This document shows positions 41,747 through 54,654 of a stretch of 64,000 nucleotides of DNA, piece by piece (position 1 is the first letter of the stretch; the number at the start of each line of letters is the position of its first letter). Below the pieces are notes generated by a model. The model saw nothing but the letters and a program-made list of their open reading frames with translations, searched no databases and was not told the origin of the DNA. Position numbers and translations under genes: made by a program. Source of the DNA: Octopus sinensis. Lineage: Eukaryota. The stretch spans positions 43,338,001 through 43,402,000 of the forward strand of contig NC_043009.1 in NCBI RefSeq assembly GCF_006345805.1, in the 5' to 3' direction.

Positions 41747-42162
41747 CTATGTTTGACTTTTGCTTTACATTTGCACAAGCTGGCTCCAAGTCTCACCCAG
41801 AGACCTCAAGAGACAACAAGTTGGAATTTCATGTTGGTGTTATGCCTAGGGTGCCATATATTTGGTTTTGTACTTAGTGTTGTATGCCTAAAAACCATGC
41901 GAAAATTACGTTTGTTTTAAAACTTGAGATTACATAGAAAGTATTTTGCATAGGATATGAGCAGTTCCCATGAGTACTATCTTTTGAATTTCTGCCATTT
42001 TGGGGTTTCCTGGTATCTCAGTCAGGTAGCAGTCAGCCCCTTTTGCTATCATTCCCAGGGCACCTATGACAACAGGTATTGTTTCACTCTTCAGGTTCCA
42101 CATTTTGCTGATTTCTATTTCAAGATCTTTATAGTTGCTCAGTTTCTGGTAGGTCTTGTACC
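41747..42162 (-). pseudogene. R4/Dong-like 3' end, different subfamily, inside (AAT)n
   Basis: KLSNYKDLEIEISKMWNLKSETIPVVIGALGMI...IQKIVLMGTAHILCKILSM*; distinct 3' UTR ending caaacatag-aataataat. Confidence 0.9.
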
Positions 42163-42208
42163 ATTATTATTATTATTATTATTATTATTGTTATTATTAT
42201 TATTATTA

Positions 42209-42306
<98 letters not shown>

Positions 42307-43590
42307 GTCACATGCTTTTACTGCACTACCGAACACAGCTCTCTGTGCCTTGGGTATGTGCACCTTAAATTTTTCTGTCATTTCTTTTTCCATCAATTTA
42401 GCCATTTCCAAAATCCCCAAGTACTTATAGACCGTCTCTTCTATCTGCTTCATAACCTCCCCTGACAGTATCGATAGCCCATCCATACATTTGATTTTGC
42501 CTCTCTTCAAGTTTAACACATCACACTTTCTCAGTCTGAACTCCATTCTGATATCAGCACAGAAAGTATACACCATATCAACATGGGAACTGACTTGGGC
42601 TTAATCTTTACCATAAAGTTTGAGGTCATCTATGAATAAAAAATGGCTGACTTTTTTGTTGGCAGCTTTTGAATACATACCCAGCTTTTGCTTTCCTCAA
42701 AGTCAGTGTTAGTGGTATCATGTACAGTGCAAAGATCAGTGGGGACAGGCAGCCCCCTTGGAAAATGCCCCTTCTGATTTCTACTCCCCACAGACTTCTT
42801 CTGTATGCTGTCAGGTCCGTCCTCCAATTCACCATACTTTTTCCAAGCAATCACTCATCATTCGATGCAATACCAAATAGGTTCATACATTCCATTATCC
42901 AAGAGTGTGGGATCATATCGTATACCTTATAAAAGTCGATCCATGATATGGTTACGTTAATTTTCCTCCTCTTGCAGTTTCTAAGTTCACTTTTGTCAAT
43001 CAGGAATTGATCTTTGGTACCTCTGCACTTACGCTTGCAACCTTTCTGCTCCTGTGGCAGGACTCCATTTTGTTTCAGATGTTCGTACATAGACCCTGCG
43101 AGTATTCCAGTCAATAACTTCCACATAAGTGGCAAAGAGGATATCGGCCTGTAATTGTCTACCATATTGCCTTTCTCAATGTTTTTCAGGCACAGCACTG
43201 TCCTACCCAATGTCAGCCACTCTGGTGTTACTTGGTCGGCATTTAACAAGGTGCTGAGTTGCACAGCTATTTATGCATGACATTCACCAAATCTTTTGCT
43301 CCAGTAGCCTTCAACTCCATCTGGTCCCAGGGCCTTCCAGTTGCTCATTTTTTTTGCTGATTTCCTTCAATTCCCTAACTGAAATGACTAGTTCTGCCTG
43401 TTTGGGACAGACTACTGTTTGCTTCAGTTCTTGCAACCATTCAGCATCCTTCTTGTGCTCTTTGTCATTGCAGTCCAATGGTGGTTATTTTATAATAGTT
43501 TTCCTGCTGTATAAGGCCTCTACCACCTTCTATACATTGTATATATAGCCTTTCTATGTCAGATTTTGGGTGGTGCATCCTAGATCCTGT
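42307..43590 (-). pseudogene. R4/Dong-like RT fragment with internal deletion and rearrangement
   Basis: [72 protein letters not shown]. The RT end is fused to 3' UTR sequence and then (AAT)n. Confidence 0.93.
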
Positions 43591-43661
43591 CATTTACCAT
43601 CCTCATCATTACCATCATCATCATCATCATCATCATTATTATTATTATTATTATTATTATT

Positions 43662-43735
43662 CAGTAGTTTTATTTTTATAGCGTGCTTTCACTTCACTAC
43701 CGAGCGCAGCTCTGTGTGCCTTATGGAAAGTGTTC

Positions 43736-43736
<1 letters not shown>
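43662..43736 (-). mobile_element. 75 bp R4/Dong 3' UTR remnant inside (AAT)n
   Basis: Near identical to 26985-27045, fused to atggaaagtgttct from ~27088. Confidence 0.85.
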
Positions 43737-43766
<30 letters not shown>

Positions 43767-43796
43767 TTATTATTATTATATTATTATTATTATCAT

Positions 43797-43993
43797 TAGC
43801 ATGGTGAGTGAAATGCTTAATGGCATTTCATTTGTCTTTACGTTCTGAGTTCAAATCCCGCCAGGATCAACTTTGCTTTTCATCCCTTCAGGATCGATAA
43901 AATAAGTACCAGTCAGGAACTGGTGTTGATGGAATCGACTAGCCCACCCCCTCCCCTAAAAAATGTCAGGCCTTGTGCCAATAGTAAAAAGGA
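43797..43993 (+). mobile_element. SINE family A2
   Basis: Core and A2 tail. Confidence 0.85.
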
Positions 43994-44007
43994 TTATAAT
44001 TATTATT

Positions 44008-44563
44008 GAATGAGAGAGCAGTGTGTGCCATCAAAGTGATACTGGAGTAAAATATACAAAACCCAGTATGCCCATCACAACTACCCATCTAGTAAGGGTA
44101 CACCAGGAACATACATCACAAACATATGTGTGCAACATGGTGATCTCATATCAATATAAACAGCACATGACTTTGCAGGTGGGGCCCAGTTAAAATTTTC
44201 TTCTGGCCGAGTAGCCCATCCTGCTCAAAAGGTCCCCTGAATAAGGGTTGTTTAAGGAAGTTGAACGAAACACCCATGTTTCCAGAGGAGAATTATTCAA
44301 TCCCCAAAGAATTCCTTTCAACACATGACTATGATGCACCCCCACTACGTCTGCTTGTGATCAGAGATGCACATATCATCAGCTACTATAGGACATGCTC
44401 AGCTGGTTAAGGTCAAACAACTGACAAGCAGATCTGTGGTATTGAGCAGAATATTTGCTGTAGCCCACCTTTTATACCAATTCAAAACGATTTACATGAT
44501 AACACTTCCAATCAGTTAAGATCAGAAGCCATGAGAGCCACTGCCTGGTACTGCATCAGGACA
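44008..44563 (-). mobile_element. ~560 bp (AAT)n-embedded element, copy 2
   Basis: Same termini as copy 1. Confidence 0.85.
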
Positions 44564-44597
44564 TTTATTATTATTATCATTATTATTAATATTATTG

Positions 44598-44997
44598 CTC
44601 TTTTATTCTTTTACTTGTTTTAGTCATTTGACTGTAGCTGTGCTGGAGCACCGCCTTTAGTCAAGCAAATTGACCCCAGGACCTATTCTTTGTAAGCCTA
44701 GTACTTATTCTATCGGTGTCTTTTGCTGAACCGCTAAGTTACAGGGACATAAACACACCAGCATCGGTTGTCAAGCGATGTTGGAGGGGACAAACACAGA
44801 CACACAAACATATACACACATGCATATATATATACATATATACGACGCTTCTTTCAGTTTCCGTCTACCAAATCCCCTCTCAAGGCTTTGGTTGGCCCAA
44901 GGCTATAGTAGCAGACACTTGTCCAAAGTGCCACGCAGTGAGACTGAACCCGGAACCATGTGGTTGTTTAGCAAGCTACTTACCACACAGCCACTCC
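44598..44997 (-). mobile_element. SINE family B, full length
   Basis: Matches family B. Confidence 0.92.
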
Positions 44998-45003
44998 CAT
45001 GTC

Positions 45004-45042
<39 letters not shown>

Positions 45043-45346
45043 GGAGATGTACTTGCATAGCAAGTGATTTGATCTGAGATTGTGTGCTTGAATGAAAACA
45101 ATTGCAGCGTGGAAGGTGTTTGTAAGCCATTTAAGAAACACACAAAAGCCGTTCCATTCACTTCAACATTTAAGTTTAATTTGTTAAAATATTTTCGTCG
45201 CTATAAGACCGGATTTTTGTCAGTGAACAGGTCGCGGTCTTATAGCGACGAAAATATTTTGACAAATTAAACTTAAATGGTGAAGGGAATCAAACGGCGT
45301 TTGTGTGTTTCTTAAATGGCTTACAAACACCTTCCTTGCTGCAATT
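45043..45346. mobile_element. Palindromic (foldback) element, copy 1; MITE-like or inverted Penelope pLTR pair
   Basis: Arms of ~110 bp (45100-45210 and ~45234-45346) plus a one-sided extension ggagatgtacttgcatagc; second copy at 63068-63360. Confidence 0.85.
45216..45266 (+). ncRNA. Candidate minimal type I hammerhead-like motif (variant core)
   Basis: TTTGTCA GTGAACA G GTCGC ggtcttata GCGAC GAA AA TA TT T TGACAAA: 7 bp stem I, 5 bp stem II, short palindromic stem III. Confidence 0.4.
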
Positions 45347-45357
45347 ATTATTATTAA

Positions 45358-45418
<61 letters not shown>

Positions 45419-45519
45419 ATTATTATTAATATTATTATTATTATTACCATCATTATTATTATATTATTATTATTATTACCATCATTATTATTAATATTAT
45501 TATTATTATTATTAAACAG

Positions 45520-45727
45520 TGAACTGGTAGAATTGTTAGCCCACCAGGCATAATGCTTAGCAGCATTTTGTCCATCTTGGTATTCTGAGCTTGGAGTCTA
45601 TCATGGTTGACTTTAACTTTCATCCTGCCAGAGTTGATAAAAATAGGTACCAGTTGAGCAGAGTCGCTGATGGAATTGACAAGCCCCTCCCCTGAAACTG
45701 CAGGCCTCATACCAAAATTTGAAATCA
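45520..45727 (+). mobile_element. SINE family A, degenerate
   Basis: Head, core and tail caaaatttgaaatcattatt. Confidence 0.75.
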
Positions 45728-45729
45728 TT

Positions 45730-45791
45730 ATTATTATTATTAGTAGTAGTAGTAGTAGTAATAGTAGTAGCAGTAGCAGCAACAGCAACAA

Positions 45792-45882
<91 letters not shown>

Positions 45883-45990
45883 TGCAGCAGTAGTAGTGGT
45901 AGTAGTAGTAGTAGTAGTAGTAGTAGCAGCAGCAGCAGTAGTAGTGGTGGTAGTAGTAGAAGTGGTAGTAGTGGTAGTAGCAGCCACAGC

Positions 45991-46055
<65 letters not shown>

Positions 46056-46056
46056 C

Positions 46057-46108
<52 letters not shown>

Positions 46109-46110
46109 CT
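45730..46110. repeat. (AGT)n/(AGC)n array
   Basis: Direct inspection. Confidence 0.95.
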
Positions 46111-46737
46111 AGTAGTATTTTATTGTGCACAACAAATCATTAATATTTACATTGTTGTATACGTTTCAGTCGTTTACCTTCTGAGTTCAAATCACTCAGC
46201 AATCAACTTCGCCTTTCAAGCCTCAGGGATGGGGGTGGGGGGAGCGAATCGATGAATTAAAGTACCAATCAAGAATCAGCATCATCATCATCACCATCAT
46301 CACCATCACCATCATTATCCTTTATTTATTTATTGCAATTAATGCCATTCATCAGATTAAGCCCTACTGCGATACTACCCTCAAGATATATCATCCATCA
46401 ATAATATTTGGCTGGTATTATCGTTTATCTACCTCAGAGGCATAAAAGGTCAAGTTGCCCTGGGTAGGTATTGAACTCAGAATCTAATGAGTCATAACCA
46501 AGTAACACAATGTGTTTCATCTCACTAAATTGCTACATATAGCTTTGTTATCCCATTGTAACCTCTGCAGCTTTAATCCCTAATTGATGGATTAACTTTA
46601 TCTTTTAATTATGCCAGTGTAAATTAATACATCCCTCATGTAACGGGGTACAGATTCAATTAACCATATCCCTTCCTCATCCTGTAATCTGGTGCCGAAG
46701 CAACAAATATTCAGTATCATTATTATTGTTGTTGTTG

Positions 46738-47134
46738 TTCTGGCAGAATTGTTAGCATGCTGGACAATATGTTCTGTGATATTTCTTCCATCTTTATGTC
46801 CTGAGTTCAAAATCCATTGAGGTCAGTTTTTGCCTTTTCATCATCTCAGGGTTGATAAGGTAAGTACCAGTCAAGTACTGGTGTCAATGTAACTGATTTA
46901 CTTCTCCCCTAAAATTTGCTGGCCTTGTGCCAAAGTTAGAAAGAATTCCGATTATTATCATTAAAGTGGTGAGGGTGGCAAGCTGGCAGTGGCATTTCAT
47001 CCGTTTTCGTGTTCTGAGTTCAAATTCTGCAAAGTCGACTTTGCCTTTCATCCTTTTGGGTTCGATAAATTAAGTACCAGTTGCATACTGGGGTTGATCT
47101 AATTGGCTGGCCCACTCCCAGCAAAGTAGAAAGG

Positions 47135-47136
<2 letters not shown>
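46738..47136 (+). mobile_element. Two SINE family A copies
   Basis: Copies at ~46738-46945 and ~46962-47136 (the latter internally deleted). Confidence 0.8.
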
Positions 47137-47184
<48 letters not shown>

Positions 47185-47215
47185 CATTATTATCATTACT
47201 ATTATTATTATTATT

Positions 47216-47246
<31 letters not shown>

Positions 47247-47261
47247 GCATCATCATCATTA

Positions 47262-47652
47262 CTCTTTTTACTGGTTTCAGTCATTTGACTGTGGCCATGC
47301 TGGAGCACCGCCTTTAGTCGAGCAAATCGACCCCAGGACTTATTCTTTGAAAGCCTAGTACTTATTCTATCGGCCTCATTTGCCAAACTGCTAAGTTACG
47401 GGGATGTAAACACACCAGCATAGGTTGTCAAGTGATGTTGTGGGGACAAACACAAACACATAAACACACACACATACATATATATACAGATATATGATGG
47501 GCTTCTTTCAGTTTCCGTCTACCAAATCCACTCACAAGGCTTTGGTCAGCCCAGGCTATAGTAGAAGACACTTGCCCAAGGTGCCATACAGTGGAAATAA
47601 ACCCAGAACCATGTGGTTGGTAAGTAAGCTACTTACCACACAGCCACTCCTG
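47262..47652 (-). mobile_element. SINE family B, full length
   Basis: Matches family B. Confidence 0.92.
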
Positions 47653-48339
47653 CTCCTATTATTATCAAAGATGACTAGGTATGTAGATAGGTTCAGAAGA
47701 ATGTGAAAGGGGAGGTGAGGATAGATGTGAATGAGGTGTATGGTGCACATGGATGGAGGTATGGACAATGGTGAATCTCAGTTTGGGAGAACATAACAAA
47801 AATAGGAATCGGTCAAGAAGGAGGAGATAATTGGTGGTCACATATAAAGGAAAGGGGATCAATGGTAAGGCAAATCAGAAACGATATAGATCTGTGACTG
47901 ATCATTACTTAAGTATTGCGGCATGAGTGAGTATTTAAAACAGAGTTAATGAAAATGGATATATGGCTAGGGGGCATCAGAATGGGCTTTCATGTTCTAA
48001 TGACATTTAAAGACTGCAAGCCAATATCAGAACTGCTCTCAGTTGAAGGTGCTGAGGCAAAAGGTGCGAGATTAATAATACAGGTCAAAAAGCCTTGATG
48101 CTATGTTAGTCATAGTAAGAATTGTATCAGAGTGGATTGGTCTCCAAAACTGGTAAGACAAAGCAAATCTATACAAATTAAGTAAAATAATGAAGATCTG
48201 GAGCAACAGTAAAAGGAACAACAAACCCTAGTTTGGGGTCACCATCAGCTCCATAATAGCTTCCACTTCACAAGCTTAAGGAGAATACATGACATCAAGT
48301 GGCTGCAAAAAGTCTGAAATGACACAACTGAGATGACAA

Positions 48340-48600
48340 TGGGCATCTGTAACAAAATAAGATACAGAGGACCCATCCTCAGACAAGGTCAAGTAAGTGA
48401 TTGTATGATGACACTAAAGTGACAGTCTGAAGGGAAAAGAGTAGCTGGGTGCTCTAAAACCACATGGCAAAGGTTCATTGACAAGGAGAGGAAGCAAAAA
48501 GAATGGAGAAGCTGGAATGAAATCAGAACAGTGGCAGAAAACAGAGCTGGTTGGAAAGATCATATTGCGGCCTTCTGTGCCTCATGGCATAGAGAGAACT
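48340..48600 (+). pseudogene. RTE-clade LINE 3' end, degenerate (may extend left to ~47800)
   Basis: LK*QSEGKRVAGCSKTTWQRFIDKERKQKEWRSWNEIRTVAENRAGWKDHIAAFCASWHRE. Confidence 0.75.
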
Positions 48601-48789
48601 ACCACCCAAAACTCTGATGATGGCAAGAGAAGTTCGTTTATGTCAAGTATTAGAAATAGATGATCAATCATCTCATCCTTTAACAGTGCCAACCAGTAGT
48701 CCTCCACTATCATTGTATTATGAAGAAGAAATAATAGTTGCAGAAGAAAATCTACGGGTGGTTGGAAAAAGAAAGGAAAAAAAGGGGAA

Positions 48790-49080
48790 AATCTCAACCC
48801 ATCCCCAAAGACTTAATATACAACAATGAAATGAGCAAGGAGGAATAATTTCTTTCAAGTGACAATGAAAATAATGAAAAATATGAAGAGAATGATGATG
48901 AACTAAGATTCACTGTTTTTTGAAAATGTAACAAAATGTTAATAGACAAAATTATGCATTTCTAGTGCCATAGACTTTCCAAAACAGTTAAAATGAAACA
49001 AAACAATATGCGAAAAATGGACTATAAGTAAAAAATGACACAAAGATATTACAACAAACATAACATAGTATACTCCCCAA
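48790..49080 (+). mobile_element. Family G fragment
   Basis: acaaaattatgcatttctagtgcca aligns with ~24625. Confidence 0.55.
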
Positions 49081-49092
49081 ATCCCAAAGCCA

Positions 49093-49292
49093 AATCATCA
49101 TCATCATCATCATCATCGTTTAACGTCCATTCTCCATGCTAGCATGGGTTGGACGGTTCGACCGGGGATCTGGGAAGCCAGAAGGCTGCACCAGGCTCCA
49201 GTCTTATCTGGCAATGTTTCTACAGTTGGATGCCCTTCCTAACGCCAACCACTCCATGAGTGTAGTGGGTGCTTTTTACGTGCCACCTGCAC
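49093..49292 (-). mobile_element. Family C copy
   Basis: catcatcgtttaacgtcc...ggatgcccttcctaacgccaaccactcc. Confidence 0.85.
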
Positions 49293-50232
49293 AAATGTCT
49301 CAAAAAAATGTTTACAGGTGTATTTGGTTGCTCTCATACACAAATTAGGAAATAGTTAATTGGTAACATTGTGGAATATTTAATCCAAACTTAGGCAGTA
49401 CCTTTCCATGTTCTGTTCTTTATAATTATCTCATATTTTAACTATTGTTTCTCTTCACTCTTTCCTGGATGAGCTCCTGTGACAAAGAAAGGCTCTTCAG
49501 TTTCACAAAATTCACAAAATTCTCTCATCTACGTATTTTTTTTTCATTTGTGTCTTATCAAAAATTTCTGTTCAGTTTATATTAAAAGAAGATTCCCTTT
49601 GATGCTGCAACTATATGAGTGGATTGTAATATTTGACTCCATACAAAAGTCACTGTTGTTGTTGCTGTTATTAGTATCATCTTCAAAAGTACTTGTTGGA
49701 GTGTTTGGAATATTTTCTATAACTATTAATTGCTCATTAAACTGTGCATCTCTTTCTTGTCCTTGTATTTTGATTTTGTGTTTTTTTTGTTTTCATTTGC
49801 AATTTTATTGTTCAGTCATGTGATGTATTTATATTTGGGAGAAATTTTGTGTATGAAAATGTAAATTATGTAAATAAACTTTTTTGTTGTCTACATCTCT
49901 GTTATTGAGAACAAGCTTTCCTTAACATAGTTATAGTTCTTTTTTTTCACACATACACACATTTGGTAGTGCTTGAATGAGTTGTATCTTGACGAGAGAA
50001 GAAAAAATATGTATTCACTCGATATGAGTCAAATATGACAACAGCAGCAAAAACAACAATAACAGTAACCATTGTGGTGGTGGTGATGATGATGCTCAAC
50101 CAGTGCTCAGCTGGTGCTTTATTTTAGGAAAAGTTGACTTTGACAGAATTTGAACTCAGAATGTAAAAAAACCCAGAATAAATGCCTCTAAGCAAATAGT
50201 CCAAGTCGCTTACAATTCTGTGAGCTCACTAC

Positions 50233-50265
<33 letters not shown>

Positions 50266-50305
50266 TGACTACTAATACAACAACAACTACTACTACTACT
50301 ACTAC

Positions 50306-50340
<35 letters not shown>

Positions 50341-50351
50341 GTAATAATAAT

Positions 50352-50567
50352 GGTGGTTTCAAATTTTGGCGCAAGCCCAGCAATTTGGGGTTTGGGATAA
50401 ATCGATTATGTTGACCCCAGTGTTCAACTGTTACTTATTTTATCGACCCCAAAAGGATGGAAGGTAAAAATCAACCCCAACAGAATTTGAACTCAGAATA
50501 TGAAGGTGGATGAAATGCGACCAAACATTTTGCCCAGCGTGCTAACAGTTCTGCCAGCTTGCCACCT
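50352..50567 (-). mobile_element. SINE family A3
   Basis: Full head, core and A3 tail, next to (AAT)n. Confidence 0.85.
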
Positions 50568-50813
50568 AAATAGTAATAATGAGAAGAATATTTTATAGTT
50601 GAGGCAGAAGGCCAATAATTTTTGAGAGGAGGGTTTATTGTTGATACCATCAATCCCAGTAATTGACTGGAGTCAATAGCATTTTATTGCTCCCGGGGAA
50701 AGGAAATACAAAGCTGACCTCAGCAAGACTTGAACTCAGAGTGTAAAGACCTGGAACAAATACCATTAGGTATTTTTTCTGATGCTCTATTGTTTCTCCC
50801 AATCCATTGACAC

Positions 50814-50921
<108 letters not shown>

Positions 50922-50928
50922 TATAATA

Positions 50929-51172
50929 ACATCCTTAAACAACCCTTATTCAGGGACCTTTTCAGTGGGATGGGATACTCAACCAAAAGAAAATTCTAAC
51001 TGAGCCCCATCTACAAGGTCATGTGCTGTTTATCTTGATATGAGCTCACTTGATATGGTTGTGATGCATGTACCTGGCATACCCTTATCAGAAGGGTAGT
51101 CATAGTAGGTATGTTGGGCTTCGTATATTTTATCCCAGTGTCACTTTGATGTCATATACTGCTCTCTCACTC
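50929..51172 (+). mobile_element. 5'-truncated copy of the ~560 bp element, opposite orientation, inside (AAT/AAC)n
   Basis: Reverse complement of ~38493-38745; ends ctctctcactc-aacaacaac. Confidence 0.85.
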
Positions 51173-51486
51173 AACAACAACAAAAACAACCACAACAACA
51201 ACAACAACAACAACAATGATAATAATAATAAAAGTATAATTATCAGGTTCCATGTTTCCCAAGATCAACATGTATAATATGTCTATGTAGTTGAGTGTAA
51301 GAACAAATCAGCTAATTAGTTAATTAGTTAGGTTTATGAGGATATTGTTGGACAGTTATTAATTTGCTAATTAATATTATTATGATTTATGTTAAAATCC
51401 TAAACAAACCAATTATTCATATCAATTACATATGTGAATGTGTTTGTTATGTACGTATGTGTGTATATATATATATTTATATGAAT

Positions 51487-51562
<76 letters not shown>

Positions 51563-51734
51563 CTTTTCAAAAAAAGGGTGGGGGCTTTTTTATGTTCTTT
51601 GATTTTTAATTTGTTTAGAGAGGCATTCTGGGGGTTTGCCTGAACTTTTTCACCTGAGTTTTGTTTGTTTACGTTCATCAAAGATTTGATGCTTGCTCTT
51701 TTACTCATGTATATATATATATATATATAATATA

Positions 51735-52626
51735 CAGGGTGTGATGTGTAAATTGTTACGATTTCATATTTTTTATTTCGTGCATGTGCATTTTGTTTCT
51801 TTTTGATTTTGTAGACTACAGAGCATGGTAGGGTCAGTTGGGCACCGTCTGTGAGAAAAATAGCACCATTATGCAATTCATTCTGCCAGAAATTTGGAAA
51901 CAACATGCTATACTGGTTGACATTCACACCAGAAGCTCCAATACAAGCATTTCAGAGTGTTTCGGTGTCAATCTGAGGACAGTGCAATCTGAAGACATGT
52001 ACCAATAGTGATAAAAATTAAATAACCAGTCAACATCATGGTGTTTAGGGTGATCACTAGTGTTGGCAATGTCATGCCTCCATTCATTTTCCCACACAGC
52101 CTGTAACTCAACACAGAGGCCTACATCAAGTGCCTGGATGAGGTAGTACTACCCTTGGTCAAGAGGGTGGTTGCTGGAACACACTATGTCTAGCAACAGG
52201 ACTCTGCATCATGCCACACAAGCAGGAGAACCCAGTCATAGCTGTCAGACAATTTCTGCGACTGCATCACCCCTAACATCTGGCCACCTACCTCCCCAGA
52301 CTGCAACCCTCTTGATTTTCATGTGTGGGGCACAGTTGAGCAAGAGACCAGCGAAACTCTTTGTAATACCAGAGATGAACTGAAGGCAAGGATTATGACA
52401 GCATTCACCAACTTAAACAAGGAGACTGCCCAGAAGAGTTGCAGAAGATTCTGAAGTCATTTTGAAGGCCATGGTTGAAGCTTTGGCAATTTTATTGAAT
52501 AGATTTACTCTTTAGTATTTTAAGATATTTTTGTGTAATTTTGGTAAATATATCTGTTAAAATGAGAGGTCAGTGTTATTTTAAAGTTTTGCATAATTTA
52601 GATGACAGTTTATTCACTACACCCTG
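51735..52626 (+). pseudogene. maT-type (DD37D) transposon fossil with internal deletion
   Basis: TA flanks and cagggtgt TIRs. QQD-37 residues-D (QQDSASCHTSRRTQS*LSDNF...WPPTSPDCNPLDF), counted from codons. Confidence 0.9.
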
Positions 52627-52703
52627 TATATATAATTTTTCTTTCTTCTTTTAATGAATTCTTTATTATTTGCATGGGAAGGATTTGTCAGTTTCCTTCT
52701 GTA

Positions 52704-52737
<34 letters not shown>

Positions 52738-53705
52738 TATCATCGCCTTTTTTATGAACCTTCTTTCTTGTCAGCATCCTTACCATTATTACCACTATTA
52801 TCAGTATTATCATCATTATTATTGTCATCATCATTATTGTAGTCAGCATGATTGCTGTCATTGTCGGCATCGTCATCCTTATAATTGGCACCACCATCAT
52901 CATCATCATCATCATCAGCATCAGCATCAGCAGTAGCATCAGCATCATCATCATTGTCATTCACATCATTGCCATCATCATCATCATCATCATCATCGTC
53001 ATCGTCATCATCATCATTGTTGTAGTCATTGTTGTCATCATGACCATCGTTGCCCTTCCCCTCATCCTCATCATCGTTTACATCATCAACATCACCATCA
53101 TTGCCATCAGCATCAGTATTATCCCTACAGTCATCTTCATTGCTATCACTATCATCATTATCATTTATCATCATCATCATCACGGTCATCTTCACCATCA
53201 TCATCATTGCAATCATCATCATCATCGTCATCATTGTTGTCATTGTCATCATCATCATCTTATTACCTTTATAGGAAACACACCTATAGTTTCTACTCGT
53301 CAATCAAATCCTTCCTCATACATGTTATGGAACAAAATCAATAAAAAAACAACAATAACAAATAAAACAATCTCAGTACCAGTAATATACTGTGTCCTAT
53401 TCAATTATCTATACATATTCCCTACCCTCACAGCCACCCCCACCTGTCACTGTTGCGTGATGTTGCCTTGACATCTAATCAGACAGAGGAAATCAATACT
53501 GATGCTATTGATCTTGTATTGAATTTCCCCATAAGTATTCCAATTGTTTGACTGACCCCTTTATTGTAAGATAATGTTATTAGTGGTTGAGTATACCACA
53601 GGCACTTGTACTTTTAGTGTAATGATCTGGCATAACCAGTACAACATTGTGACATTTTGTGATGGTGGTGGTGGGGGATAGGAAAGATAACAATGATAAT
53701 GTCAG

Positions 53706-53779
<74 letters not shown>

Positions 53780-53783
53780 GTAT

Positions 53784-53814
<31 letters not shown>

Positions 53815-54123
53815 ACTGATGATGATGATAATGATACTGATGATGATGACAATGATGATGATGATGACGACGAATACGACAACAAATACAACGACGATGA
53901 CAATAAAAGCAGTGATGGTGGTGATAATAGGGGTGCTGGTGCTGGTGTTGATGTCAGTGGTGATAGCAGTGGAGGTAACAGTGGTTATGTTGATATGAAG
54001 GAGGAGGAAGATAAGTCTTCCTTATTGTAAGAAATAATGGAATGTTTTGTCAGTGAAGTTTTATAAAATCATCGAAGCTTTGCAGGTTGGTTAGTTGGGT
54101 GAGCAGAACTATTAGTATATATA

Positions 54124-54354
54124 CTCTTTTACTCTTTTACTTGTTTCAGTCATTTGACTGTGGCCATGCTGAAGCACCACCTTTAGTCGAGCAAATCGCC
54201 CCTAAAACTTGTTCTTTGTAAGCCTGGTACTTATTCTATCAGATTCTTTTGCCGAACTGCTAAGTTATGGGGACGTAAACACACCAGCATCGGTTGTCAA
54301 GCGATGTTGGGTGACAAACACAGACACACAAACATATATACACACACACACATG

Positions 54355-54396
<42 letters not shown>

Positions 54397-54564
54397 GAAA
54401 TATATACGACAGGCTTCTTTCAGTTTCCGTCTACCAAATCCACTTACAAGGCTTTGATCGGCCCAAGGCTATAGTAGAAGACACTTGCCTAAGGTGCCAC
54501 ACAGTGGGACTGAACCCAGAACCATGTGGTTCGTAAGCAAGCAACTTACCACATAGCCACTCCT
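54124..54564 (-). mobile_element. SINE family B, full length
   Basis: Matches family B. Confidence 0.92.
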
Positions 54565-54654
54565 ACACTATGTAGAACAAGAACAGGTAACAGCAGGTCA
54601 CTACAGGTCAGAATAGGACATTGAACAACAATAGGTCAGATGTTTTGGAGATAT

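Noticed and set aside
45459-46255. PolyL, polyS and polyV/A ORFs
   Set aside because: (AGT/AGC)n microsatellite.
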